Assembly (NCBI GenBank): GCA_963765675.1 | Contig: CAVXXK010000001.1 | Coordinates: 512,001-576,000 of the forward strand | Direction of reading: 5' to 3' | DNA length: 64,000 nt | Source: an uncultured delta proteobacterium | Lineage (GTDB): Bacteria > Desulfobacterota > Binatia > Binatales > Binataceae | In this document: positions 36,008 to 45,682 of the stretch, piece after piece | How positions within the stretch are numbered: the stretch's first letter is position 1 | Layout: the number at the start of each line of letters is the position of its first letter | Notes under the pieces: generated by a model | Told to the model about the DNA's origin: nothing | Seen by the model: only the letters and a program-made list of their open reading frames with translations | Databases searched by the model: none | Position numbers and translations under genes: made by a program

Positions 36008-39000
36008 TCACGGCTCCTTGCTGGAGGCGGCGTGCGGCGCCCATTTCAGGATTCCTAGATCGGCGACGAAAATCGCGTAAAACGATTTGACCAGGATCAG
36101 CTCGATCACCGTAGCGAGTGCGAGTCCTCCGATCTGCGCGTAGCACAGCGGCTGCCAGAGCGGGCCGCCGTGCAGCGCCAGCGGAAACAGCGCCAGCACA
36201 GTTGCGCCCACGGTCACCATCACCGGCCGCAAGCGCTCGATTCCCGCGTCGAGCAATCCCTGGATCAGCTCCTCACCCATCTCACGGCGCTCTTCGATAA
36301 ACTCGAACAGCACGATTACGTGACTGACGATCACGCCGACGAGACTCGCGATGCCCAAAAACGCCATGAAGCCGAACGGCGCACCCATGATCCAAAGCGC
36401 GGCGACCGCGCCGACCGCGCCATACGGCACCGCCACGAACACCAGCCACGGCTTTACGAGATTGTTGAACTGCACCACCAGCGCGACGAAGATCAGCACC
36501 ACAGAAATCAACAGCACTACCGCCAGTTGGCCAAAGCCCTCGCTCTGCTTGGCCTGCTCGCCGCCGATCTCGAGGCGGTAGCCAGGCGGCAAGTGGCTGG
36601 CGATCTCTTTGAGCTTCGGGGTCGCGATCTTCATGACTTCCGACGGAAGCACGCCGGGAGCCGGATAGGCGACCACGGAGATCGTGCGAAAGTGATCGCG
36701 CCGGACGATCCGCTCGGGCGACAAGCGAAACACGATTGGCGCAACCGCCTGGATCGGAACCCGCCCGTTTCCTTGCGACGCAAAGATGTAAAGACTTCCC
36801 AGGTCTGAAAGCTGGGCGCGCTCCTGCTGGCGAAGGCGCGCGACGATCGGGATGCGCAGGTCACCGCTGATCAGCGTTCCCACCTGCGCTCCGGAAAGGC
36901 CCGCGGCGGCGGAATTGGCGATGTCCTGATTGGTTACACCGGCCAGATTCGCGCGATCGGGATTTATCGGCAGATCGATGACCGGACTCTCGGCCATCCA
37001 GTCAGTGCGGATGCGCCGCGCACCGGGAACCGAGCGCAGCACCGCCTCGGCCTGGTTGGCGATATTCTGAAGCGTCTCGATATCCGCCTGCTCGCGCGCC
37101 GGATCGATATCGGCCTGGCCGAAGATATGCACCTCGATTGGATAGCGCACCGGATTGGTGAGCAGTTGGCACACGTCAACGTATGCGCCGGGAACTTCCT
37201 TCGACAAGAGATTCTGGAGCGGGCCGACAAACTTCGGCATGTCTTCCTTATTTTCGATCTCGAGGATCAACTGCGCGTAATTAGCCTGTGGTGATTCCGG
37301 TGACACCGAAAACCAGAAGCGCGGCCCACCGCCGCCGACGAAGCTGGTGATCGATTTCAGGATCGTGCGCGGATGACCATGCTCGGGATGTTCCTTGCCA
37401 TATTCCGCGGCCGCGTTGCGCACCACTGCCGCGACTTTTTTCGCGGTGGCGTCAGTTTGAGAAATCGCCGCGCCGTTGGGAAGCCATACGTCGATATACG
37501 ACAGGTACTGCACATCCTCGGGAAAGTAGGCGCTGCGCAATTGCTTCGCGATCAGAAACCCCGCGATCAGAAACAGCATCGAGCATGCAACAAACGTCTT
37601 GCGATGCTCCAATGCGTAGTGCCCAATCCGGTAGTACACGCCGGTAGCGCCGTGGCTGCGCCGATACTCGATCGGCGGCAGCGGTTTTCCGGGCCGCATC
37701 AGGTAGTAACCGAGTTGCGGAATAAAGGTCATCGAAATGATCCGCGACGCGACCAGTGCGCAGGTCATCACGATCGGCAGGCTGTAGAGAAAATTCCCGG
37801 TGTCGCCCGAGAGCAACAGAAACGGCAGGTAGGCAACGATATTGGTGATGGTCGAGAACAGGATTGCACGTTCGAGCTTGGTCGGCCCAAGCCACGACGC
37901 GACTTCCGCCGGATGCCCGAGACCCAGATCGTGCTTGATCGCGTCGCCCGCCACCACCGGATCGTCCACCAACAGTCCAAGGGCGATGATCAAGGTCGCG
38001 ATCGACACCTGCTGGAGATCGATGCCGAGCACGTACATCATGCCGAACGTCATCGCGAGCGTGAGCGGAATTGACAGCGCGATCAGCAGCGCCGCGCGCC
38101 AATCCCAGAATCCGATCAGCGCAATGACGACCACCAGCGCGATCGCCTCGTACAGCGCACCGATGAACAGATGCACATTTTCGCGAACCTGGAGCGGCTG
38201 ATCGGAGGTGCGCGCGACTACGAGGTCCTCGGGCAGGCGGGTCTTCAGTCCCGCGATCGCCTTGTCGACTGCCGCGCCGAAGGCGCTTATCTGCTCGCCC
38301 GAGCGCATGAATACCGCGATCGTTACCGCCCGGCCGCGGTTCCAGTGCCCGTCGGCGGTCTTCCAGGTATAGAAATTCAGGAGCCGCGGCGGCGCTTCGT
38401 AACCGCGCGAGATATCCGCCAGATCGCGCAGGTAGAACGGCGATCCGGATTCCGACTTGCCGAGAATCACGTCGCCAATCTCCTGAGCGTCGGTAAATTC
38501 GCCGCTCGGATGCAGCGTCACGTCGGTGCCGGCCGCGTTGATCATCCCGGCCGACTGCGTGATATTTCGCGACGACAGAATCTGCGAAAGTTTGCTTGGC
38601 GTAAACCCGTACGACGCAAGCCGCTCTTGCGAGTAGACCAGGTTGACCCATTCCGGCAAAACGCCAGTGCGCGAGACCTTCTCGACGTCGGGAACCGCTT
38701 CCAGAGCACGCGAGATCAGATCGGTGTAGCGCTCGAGCTCGCGGTACGTGTACTTGTCACCCGCCGAGGCTTCGAGAATCGCCTCGGTCTGCGCCGGATC
38801 CCTGATCTCGACCGGCGGCCACGCGTCGGGATGAAACGCTTCGAACATCGAGGTCCCGACCTGGGAGTTGATATAGGCAGTCGCAGTTTTCACCAGGTCG
38901 GCGCCCGCAGGCTGTGCGGCGTCGAGGCCCGAAAAACCTGATCCGTCGAGCGGGCGAATATCGGTCGCCGCGTGATGCTCCGCCAGATAACGCGACAGCG

Positions 39001-39661
39001 CGTCGCGCACCCGCGTCACCGACTCGGCAGGCATCGTCGGCGGGAAGATCGTCACTAGCGAAATGCGATTGGATTTCGACTCCGGCGCGACGTTCGCGCG
39101 CGCTTTCTCGATCGCGGCGCGAACCTGACGCGCGCGTAGAGCAATCTCGACCTCGTTCACTTTGGGGCTCGCGACGGTCAGCATCAATGCCGCGGTATCG
39201 CCGAAATCGCTCTGGAACTGGATCGGGCCGGCTCCGTCAGGCAGATTGCGGATACTGGCGAGCTTGAGATTGATGTCGTTGAATTGCTTTTCGGTATCGC
39301 CGACGTTTTGAGTGAGCTGGATATAAACGATCGCGAGCCCGTCGAGCGTCAGCGATCGGATTCCGTAGTCGGTCCCGACGCCGGCGGGATGGATGTAGGA
39401 GTTGGTCGCGATCTTCTCCTCCATCTTGCGCGTTACGGTCTGTTCGATTTTCTCGGCGCTGACTCCTGGCCACGGACATATCGCGAGCGCCTGGCGCACT
39501 GGAATATCCGGATCCTTGCGCTTGGGCATGTGGAGGTAGCCGTAAATGCCCCACGCAACCACTGCGGCCAGCAGCACCCACGAGATGGCGCGATTCTCTA
39601 CAAAAAACCGCGCGGTGTTATGGGTCGTGCGGATTATTTCTTCGTCGCTGCGATGTGCCAT
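36008..39661 (-). CDS. RND efflux transporter permease (AcrB/AcrD/AcrF family)
   Basis: 1217 aa; SIPLTL, ALGLLVDD, ERLRPVMVT and PLALHGGPLWQPL motifs. Confidence 0.93.
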   Translation of the reverse strand: MAHRSDEEIIRTTHNTARFFVENRAISWVLLAAVVAWGIYGYLHMPKRKDPDIPVRQALAICPWPGVSAEKIEQTVTRKMEEKIATNSYIHPAGVGTDYGIRSLTLDGLAIVYIQLTQNVGDTEKQFNDINLKLASIRNLPDGAGPIQFQSDFGDTAALMLTVASPKVNEVEIALRARQVRAAIEKARANVAPESKSNRISLVTIFPPTMPAESVTRVRDALSRYLAEHHAATDIRPLDGSGFSGLDAAQPAGADLVKTATAYINSQVGTSMFEAFHPDAWPPVEIRDPAQTEAILEASAGDKYTYRELERYTDLISRALEAVPDVEKVSRTGVLPEWVNLVYSQERLASYGFTPSKLSQILSSRNITQSAGMINAAGTDVTLHPSGEFTDAQEIGDVILGKSESGSPFYLRDLADISRGYEAPPRLLNFYTWKTADGHWNRGRAVTIAVFMRSGEQISAFGAAVDKAIAGLKTRLPEDLVVARTSDQPLQVRENVHLFIGALYEAIALVVVIALIGFWDWRAALLIALSIPLTLAMTFGMMYVLGIDLQQVSIATLIIALGLLVDDPVVAGDAIKHDLGLGHPAEVASWLGPTKLERAILFSTITNIVAYLPFLLLSGDTGNFLYSLPIVMTCALVASRIISMTFIPQLGYYLMRPGKPLPPIEYRRSHGATGVYYRIGHYALEHRKTFVACSMLFLIAGFLIAKQLRSAYFPEDVQYLSYIDVWLPNGAAISQTDATAKKVAAVVRNAAAEYGKEHPEHGHPRTILKSITSFVGGGGPRFWFSVSPESPQANYAQLILEIENKEDMPKFVGPLQNLLSKEVPGAYVDVCQLLTNPVRYPIEVHIFGQADIDPAREQADIETLQNIANQAEAVLRSVPGARRIRTDWMAESPVIDLPINPDRANLAGVTNQDIANSAAAGLSGAQVGTLISGDLRIPIVARLRQQERAQLSDLGSLYIFASQGNGRVPIQAVAPIVFRLSPERIVRRDHFRTISVVAYPAPGVLPSEVMKIATPKLKEIASHLPPGYRLEIGGEQAKQSEGFGQLAVVLLISVVLIFVALVVQFNNLVKPWLVFVAVPYGAVGAVAALWIMGAPFGFMAFLGIASLVGVIVSHVIVLFEFIEERREMGEELIQGLLDAGIERLRPVMVTVGATVLALFPLALHGGPLWQPLCYAQIGGLALATVIELILVKSFYAIFVADLGILKWAPHAASSKEP

Positions 39662-40797
39662 TAGGGGATAATCCGGATTTGCTGGCCGTCGGTGACCATG
39701 GTCGCGCCGCGCACGATCACGCGGTCACCAATCGCAACTCCGGAGTCCACCGCGATTTCGTTGCCGACAATATCGCCCAGCCGCACCTTGTGCATCCGCG
39801 CGATCGTTTTGCCGCCCTCTGCGCTGGCGACGAATACGGCATAGCCGCTCGGATCCTCGGGTGGGCGGACCACTGCGTTTATTGGAACCGTCGCCGCGGT
39901 CGCGATTGGCGCGGACGCGTTGTTAGCGAGCTTGAGCGACGCGATCATCCCGACGCGTAAGCGGCCGTCCTTGTTCGGGATCGTGACCTCGACGTCGAAG
40001 GTGCGTGTGTTCTGGTCGGCGCTCTGCGCAATCCGCGTGATCTGCCCTTCGAGCTGCACGCCTGGCAGCGCCTCGGTGCGCAAGGTCTGCACTTGCCCCT
40101 GTTTCAACTGCCCCACTTCTATATCCGAGACTGCGAAGATCGCCTTCATCTCGGTCGTGTCGGCAATCTGAAACGCAACGACGCTCGGGCCGACCAGCGA
40201 ACCGATTTCGATTCCGCGGCTCAGCATCACGGCGTTCATAGGCGAGGTCAGCTTGCAGTAACCGAGATTGATCTGCGCCTGCTTGAGCGAGGCCTCGGAC
40301 TGCTTCACCTGCGCATCGGAAGACCTGTACTGTTGGACGGCATTGTCGTAGTCGCGTTGCGCGATGATCTTTTCCTTGAACAAGGCGCTATTGCGATTGT
40401 AGTCGGCCTTTGCCTTCGCATAGGTCGCCTCCGCATTGACCAGCACCGAGGCGGCCTGATTGACCTGCTGCTGATAGGGTCCGGTCTGAATCGTCGCGAG
40501 CAGTTCGCCGTTTTTTACGGGATCGCCGCCCTGGATATCGCGGGTGCGTCCTCCCGCTCCCGCAACTTGCTTGATCGTCTCGACATAGCCGTTGACCTGA
40601 AATGTCAAGCCAACCTGGCGGTAGGGCTGAAGGTTCGCGGTGTATGCGCCGCGATGGGCCTGCGTAGCCTCTCTGACCGCGCGCACGGTTACCGCAATCG
40701 GCGGCTCGGTGGTGGGGTTCGGGTGATTACCGCATCCGACTCCGCCGGCGATTGCCGCTACAATCAGTAATGCAAGCGAAAGATTGCGTATGTGCAA
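39661..40797 (-). CDS. RND periplasmic adaptor (membrane fusion protein), probable lipoprotein
   Basis: Lipobox-like GVGC; barrel-sandwich motifs, LTSP, TRTFDVEVTIPN and LRVGM; TTG start chosen after GGAGG. Confidence 0.88.
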   Translation of the reverse strand: MHIRNLSLALLIVAAIAGGVGCGNHPNPTTEPPIAVTVRAVREATQAHRGAYTANLQPYRQVGLTFQVNGYVETIKQVAGAGGRTRDIQGGDPVKNGELLATIQTGPYQQQVNQAASVLVNAEATYAKAKADYNRNSALFKEKIIAQRDYDNAVQQYRSSDAQVKQSEASLKQAQINLGYCKLTSPMNAVMLSRGIEIGSLVGPSVVAFQIADTTEMKAIFAVSDIEVGQLKQGQVQTLRTEALPGVQLEGQITRIAQSADQNTRTFDVEVTIPNKDGRLRVGMIASLKLANNASAPIATAATVPINAVVRPPEDPSGYAVFVASAEGGKTIARMHKVRLGDIVGNEIAVDSGVAIGDRVIVRGATMVTDGQQIRIIP

Positions 40798-40913
40798 GTC
40801 GCTCCCTCCCGAATGGCTCCGCGTACGTGCCGAATCCTCCGCCACGCGCCGCCCTTCCTGCCCCAAATGCGCTCGCGATGTTATCAGAAATCACTCAGCC
40901 TCCGCGCTACCCC

Positions 40914-41945
40914 TTACGCATAGATGCGAGAGGTATCGCGAATCCGGGCTTTGATTTCGTCGCGGAGTGTTTTGGGTTCGAGCACCTTGATAAACGGGCT
41001 CATCGCCATGATCCAATTGGCAAGCTCCGCTGTCCCTTTGAGTCTGAGCCGCAAGAGCGTCCGGCCGTCGCGCGCTACCGAAAGCTGTTGAGAAGGGTGA
41101 ATAGTGCGCGCACCAAGGCGAGCGTCCGTTTCCGGACTGAGGCTTTTCAGTACTACCGTCGTCTCGCGATCCTCACTGACGATCCCGAATGTTCCTTGCA
41201 CGAATGCCGCGGGATTGTATGACGCGGGCAGCTGGAATCTTTCGTCAGTGCCGGAATCGTCTTTGATGAATTCCACCGAGCGCATCCGCTCGACGGCCAA
41301 ATAGATAATCCCCGAGCCGCGATGACTGCGGCCCAGTAGATATAGTCCGCCGCGATATTGAACCAGGGTGTACGGATTGAAGTCGTGCTTCCGATCGCTG
41401 CCATCGGTCCGATTCATCGACGCATAGTGGATCCGCAGGCGCTTCTCGTCGAGCAGCGCGCGCATAATCACGTCGATCTGTTCTTCATACGGACGATAAT
41501 CTTTGGGGACGTACTGCACGGTGTAGAACTTGCGATTGAAGTCGCGCAGCCTGAACTGCCACGCTGGCGGCAGGTTGGTCCGCACCCGCTCCCAGATATC
41601 GTCAACGCCCGACTTGAGCACGGTGCCCTCGAGAAATTTCAGCAACGCCAGGCTCGAGTACATCGCTGCCGCCTGATACACGTTCGAGCTCGGCCCTCCC
41701 CGCCGCGCCACCAATCGCAGCTTGCGGCTCGCACCGGCGCCCGCCGTCTCGACCACCATTTGCCCCAGCTTTCCGCGCATCCTCACGAACTCGCGCACGT
41801 AGCGGTCCACCGTGCGTCCACTGACCCCAAGCTCGCGCTTAATTCTCTGGAGCGGCACTCCGAGCGGCTCTTCCGTCAGCATCATCGCGATTCGCGCGTA
41901 ACGGATTCCCGACTCATAGGTTGGTTTTCTTGATTTGACCACCAT
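40914..41945 (-). CDS. WYL-domain transcriptional regulator (HTH-WYL-WCX; YafY/DriD/PafBC superfamily)
   Basis: HTH ELGVSGRTVDRY; WYL core IHY.S...FNPYTL..YRGGLYL.G...YLAVERM; WCX IHPSQ...LANWIMAM...VLEP..LR; AAGGAGG ribosome-binding site. Confidence 0.92.
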   Translation of the reverse strand: MVVKSRKPTYESGIRYARIAMMLTEEPLGVPLQRIKRELGVSGRTVDRYVREFVRMRGKLGQMVVETAGAGASRKLRLVARRGGPSSNVYQAAAMYSSLALLKFLEGTVLKSGVDDIWERVRTNLPPAWQFRLRDFNRKFYTVQYVPKDYRPYEEQIDVIMRALLDEKRLRIHYASMNRTDGSDRKHDFNPYTLVQYRGGLYLLGRSHRGSGIIYLAVERMRSVEFIKDDSGTDERFQLPASYNPAAFVQGTFGIVSEDRETTVVLKSLSPETDARLGARTIHPSQQLSVARDGRTLLRLRLKGTAELANWIMAMSPFIKVLEPKTLRDEIKARIRDTSRIYA

Positions 41946-41970
41946 CGGCGCCTCCTTCAGAGGCATCCGG

Positions 41971-42019
41971 ATTATAGCTGCTCGCTAAGACAACCGCTGT
42001 CTTGTGGAGCAGTTATAAT
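41971..42019. promoter_or_regulatory. Symmetric bidirectional promoter/operator between the WYL gene and recC
   Basis: ATTATAGCTGCTCGCTAAGACA-ACCGC-TGTCTTGTGGAGCAGTTATAAT; arms 18/22 complementary; TGTCTT-N10-TATAAT on both strands. Confidence 0.8.
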
Positions 42020-42085
42020 GAGCGTGTTGGACGAGGCAAATCGAAACCCATATCGTCAGCCTTAAGGCACGGAGAGAAACGGGGG

Positions 42086-45000
42086 ATGCTTAGACTTCAC
42101 TACTCGAATCGGCTCGAAGGATTGATCGAGCCGCTCGCACACTCGATCACCGAGCAGCAACGGCGCGATCCGCTGCGGAAGATCTCGATCGTCGTACCGA
42201 GCCGAGCCGTCGAGCAGTTCGTGAAGTACCAGGTCGCCGAGCGTCTGGGAGTCGCTGCCAATCTCAGTTTTCCGTTCTTGCGCGCGCGTCTGACCAATGT
42301 TGTACACAGCGCCGACCCTCGGCTCCGCGTGCTCGATGCGAACGCGCTTCAACTCGTCATCTTCAACACTCTGATGAGTCAGAAAAATCGCGCCGGTTCG
42401 GAGCTCTCGCCCGCCTGGAACTACATTGACGCCGGCGGCAGCCGCGGCACTCCCGAGGCGGAGCTGCGAGCCTTCGAGTTGTCAGGACGGGTGGCAAAGC
42501 TGTTCGAAGAATACTCGATTTCGCGCCGCGCGATGCTCGCGCAGTGGAGTAGCGGCCGCGTGACTGCAGCCGGCACTGCAATCGCCGAAAATGAAAATTG
42601 GCAACAGGCTCTATGGCGAATCATCTTCGCGAGCGGCGCCGCGAATCCTGAATGGACTGGCGACGCGGCTCACGACTGGATGCTGCTGCCGGACGCTTTC
42701 GCGCGAATCGGCGACGCGGCACTGGCCGACGCGATGCGCGACGGACTCCTCCACGTGTTCGGACTCGCGTCGCCGGGCCAGGCTTATGCGGAGATTTTCG
42801 CGCGGCTCGGTAAGCTTGGCGCGCTTTCGATATACGCGCTCAATCCATGCCGGGAATTCTGGGAAGACCTGGATACCTCGCGCCGCTCTGCCCGGACTGA
42901 TTGGATCCATCGCGGAAGCCGGATTGGCGCTGATCTCGACACGAGCGAAGATCCATTCGGCCTCGCCGCCGGCGACAATCGCGCGCTCGAGCTTTGGGGC
43001 CGTCCCGGCCGCGAATATATCCGTCTGCTCAATGAGCTCAGCGATTGCGATTTCGAATCGAACTTTATCGACCAGCCCGATGGCAAAGGCGCGTCGCTTC
43101 TTTCGCGTGTTCAGCAAGATATCCTCGACCGCTCGCGCGGTGCTCAACTGCTGGACGCTCCTTCGACGGCAAGCATCAGCTTTCTGGCGTGTCCCGGAAT
43201 CCAGCGCGAGGTCGAGATTGTCGCGAACGGGATCTGGCGGCTCTTGAAGCAGAGCGCATCCGGAAAGAATCCGCTTCGCTTTCACGAAATCGGCGTGCTG
43301 ATTCCGGACACCGAGTGCGAGGCTTACGCGCCCTACATTGAGGCAGTCTTCGCGCGAATCCACGGCATCCCGGTCGAGATCAGCGGACGCAGCGTTGCGC
43401 GCCAAAGCCGCGTCGCCGAAGCAATCAGCCTGCTGCTCAAGCTCCCGCTCGGCCGGTTTACGCGCGCGGATCTGCTGCGCCTCCTGAGGCATCCTGCGCT
43501 CAGTGGCGGAGACCCTACGCTCGACGTTGAACTGTGGGATACCTGGTGCGAAGAGCTGGGAGTTTTCTTCGGCGCCGATGGGGGCGATCCAGCCGCGACC
43601 TATATTCCGCCCAATCTTTTCAATTGGGACCAGGCGCTCAAGCGACTCGCGCTGGGAGCATTCATGTCGGGCGAACGCAGCGGCGACGATCGTTTGTTCG
43701 AATCAGCCGCAATCGGCGCCTTGATGCCGCTAGAGATCGACGAAAGTGAAATCCCCGCGGCGCAGGTGTTCGTCGGCACCGCGCGCGCTCTGCTTGCCGA
43801 CGCGAACGCGATCAGGTCGGCGCGAATGAGCCTCAGCCGATGGGCGCAACTGCTCACGCGGATGATCGAGCGGTACATCATCGCCGACGAGCCCGAAGAT
43901 CGGCAGATGCGCGACCGATGCCTGGCTGCAATTGACGCGATACGTACAGAGGAAATCGAAAGCCCTGAGGTATCCTACGCCGTGGCGGAAGCGATGGCCT
44001 CGGTGCTGATTGAAGAGCTCGGCGCGCGCCAGGTCCGCTTTGCGGGGCATGGAGTAGCGGCAGGCGCGATGGGCACCCTGCACTCAATTCCTTTTCGCGC
44101 GATCTTCGTTATGGGTCTCGGCGAGTCGTTTTTTCCGGCGCGCGATCCTCGCGATCCGCTCGATCTTCGCGGGATCCGGCGCCACGCCGGCGACTTGAGT
44201 CCGACCGATCGCGATCGCTACACGTTCCTCGAATCGATTCTCGCCGCGCGCGAGCAGATCGCGTTCTCGTATGTCGCACGCGACGCGCATACTGGAGACA
44301 CGCTTGAGCCCTCGACGGTAATTCGCGAACTCCAATTCATTCTCCGCTCGTACCTAAAGGAGGACGCCGTCGATGCTCTGACCCTGACCCATCCCGTCAG
44401 CCGTTATGATCTCGCCTACTTCGGAGACCTTGGCGGCGTCGTATCGTCGCTCAACGGGCTCAGCGTCGATAGCGCTGCGCGCCAAGGCGCGCGAATCACG
44501 GCGTTGCGCGAGAATCTGGACCGTTACACCGATGACGCCGCGCGTCTGGACGCGCGCGAGCTGCTGGCAGCGCTCTCGCCCCAAGCGCGCGAGGCTCTGC
44601 GTCCCGATCTGCGGATTCCGAAGATCGATGGAGCGGCCGAGGTCGCGGAGCGCGACGCCGACTTGTATCTGCCGGTCGCTGCGTTACGCAAATTTCTCGA
44701 GTGTCCTGCGCAGGGCGCCGCGCGTTATGCGCTGGGCATGAGCGAAGACGAAGACGCCGACGAAGATATCGTCGACGAACCGGTCGACATGACCAGGCTC
44801 GACCAGGTGATACTGCTGCGCGAGCTGTTTTGGAAGCTGCCGCCGACCGAGGCCGCCGCCGAATCCGAATACGTGCGCGCGGCCGCGCTCGCGCAGATGA
44901 AGGGACGCGCACCGGCAGGTCCAATCGCCGATACATTGCGCGATCAGGACCTGGGTTTGATCCGGGGCTGGACTAAGTCCGCTGAGAAAGCGAATGCCGG

Positions 45001-45682
45001 CAATTTGTCGAAGTGGAAAGAGTTTCGTATCGGCCGCGCCGACGAGCACGCGTCATTGGCGCAAGAGATTCTGCCCTATCTGGTACTCGAAGTGCCGGTG
45101 CGGACGGCGCCCGGCAACATTATCACGCGGCGAGTCAGGCTCTACGGAAGCGTCGGAGTCTTCTCACCCGGATTCGACGCCGCGTTGCAATGCCTCACGC
45201 GCAAGGACGCCAAGGCCAAACATTTCCTGCCCCTGTTCCTGAACGCGATTGTGCTCAAAGCGGCGGGCGAGCCAGTTGCAAAAAAGTTCAGAGCGATCCT
45301 GGTGAGCGCCGGGGCCGAGAGCGAAAAGCCGCCTCTGTGGATCAGAACGCTGCGCGTGCCAGAACAGAATCAGACGGTCGAGTATCTCACAACACTCGTC
45401 AGTGATCTGCTTTCCGGGCCGCACGATTATTTCCTTCCAGTCGAAGGGGCGGAAGAAGTTTACAAGTTGTCGCGAAAAGGCAGCGGCGCGGAAGAAGCCG
45501 TGTCGGCGCTCGAAGAAATGCGCGATCAGGAACGTGACCGTGGGTTACCCAGCTCCGCGTATGGACCTGTGCGCCGATGGCGCGAACTCGAACTGCCTGG
45601 CGCGCAAGGAGTCTTCGAGCTCGTGAATCGCCGCTTCGGGCCGACCAGGTCGCTGTTCGACGATGAGGACGCGGGCGAATGA
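42086..45682 (+). CDS. recC: Exodeoxyribonuclease V gamma subunit
   Basis: MLRLHYSNRLE.L, LGVAANLSFP, LNPCREFW.D, WGRPGRE, LSRVQQDI, REVEI, IPFRAIFVMGL, DRYTFLESIL and PS.VI.EL motifs. Confidence 0.93.
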   Translation: MLRLHYSNRLEGLIEPLAHSITEQQRRDPLRKISIVVPSRAVEQFVKYQVAERLGVAANLSFPFLRARLTNVVHSADPRLRVLDANALQLVIFNTLMSQKNRAGSELSPAWNYIDAGGSRGTPEAELRAFELSGRVAKLFEEYSISRRAMLAQWSSGRVTAAGTAIAENENWQQALWRIIFASGAANPEWTGDAAHDWMLLPDAFARIGDAALADAMRDGLLHVFGLASPGQAYAEIFARLGKLGALSIYALNPCREFWEDLDTSRRSARTDWIHRGSRIGADLDTSEDPFGLAAGDNRALELWGRPGREYIRLLNELSDCDFESNFIDQPDGKGASLLSRVQQDILDRSRGAQLLDAPSTASISFLACPGIQREVEIVANGIWRLLKQSASGKNPLRFHEIGVLIPDTECEAYAPYIEAVFARIHGIPVEISGRSVARQSRVAEAISLLLKLPLGRFTRADLLRLLRHPALSGGDPTLDVELWDTWCEELGVFFGADGGDPAATYIPPNLFNWDQALKRLALGAFMSGERSGDDRLFESAAIGALMPLEIDESEIPAAQVFVGTARALLADANAIRSARMSLSRWAQLLTRMIERYIIADEPEDRQMRDRCLAAIDAIRTEEIESPEVSYAVAEAMASVLIEELGARQVRFAGHGVAAGAMGTLHSIPFRAIFVMGLGESFFPARDPRDPLDLRGIRRHAGDLSPTDRDRYTFLESILAAREQIAFSYVARDAHTGDTLEPSTVIRELQFILRSYLKEDAVDALTLTHPVSRYDLAYFGDLGGVVSSLNGLSVDSAARQGARITALRENLDRYTDDAARLDARELLAALSPQAREALRPDLRIPKIDGAAEVAERDADLYLPVAALRKFLECPAQGAARYALGMSEDEDADEDIVDEPVDMTRLDQVILLRELFWKLPPTEAAAESEYVRAAALAQMKGRAPAGPIADTLRDQDLGLIRGWTKSAEKANAGNLSKWKEFRIGRADEHASLAQEILPYLVLEVPVRTAPGNIITRRVRLYGSVGVFSPGFDAALQCLTRKDAKAKHFLPLFLNAIVLKAAGEPVAKKFRAILVSAGAESEKPPLWIRTLRVPEQNQTVEYLTTLVSDLLSGPHDYFLPVEGAEEVYKLSRKGSGAEEAVSALEEMRDQERDRGLPSSAYGPVRRWRELELPGAQGVFELVNRRFGPTRSLFDDEDAGE

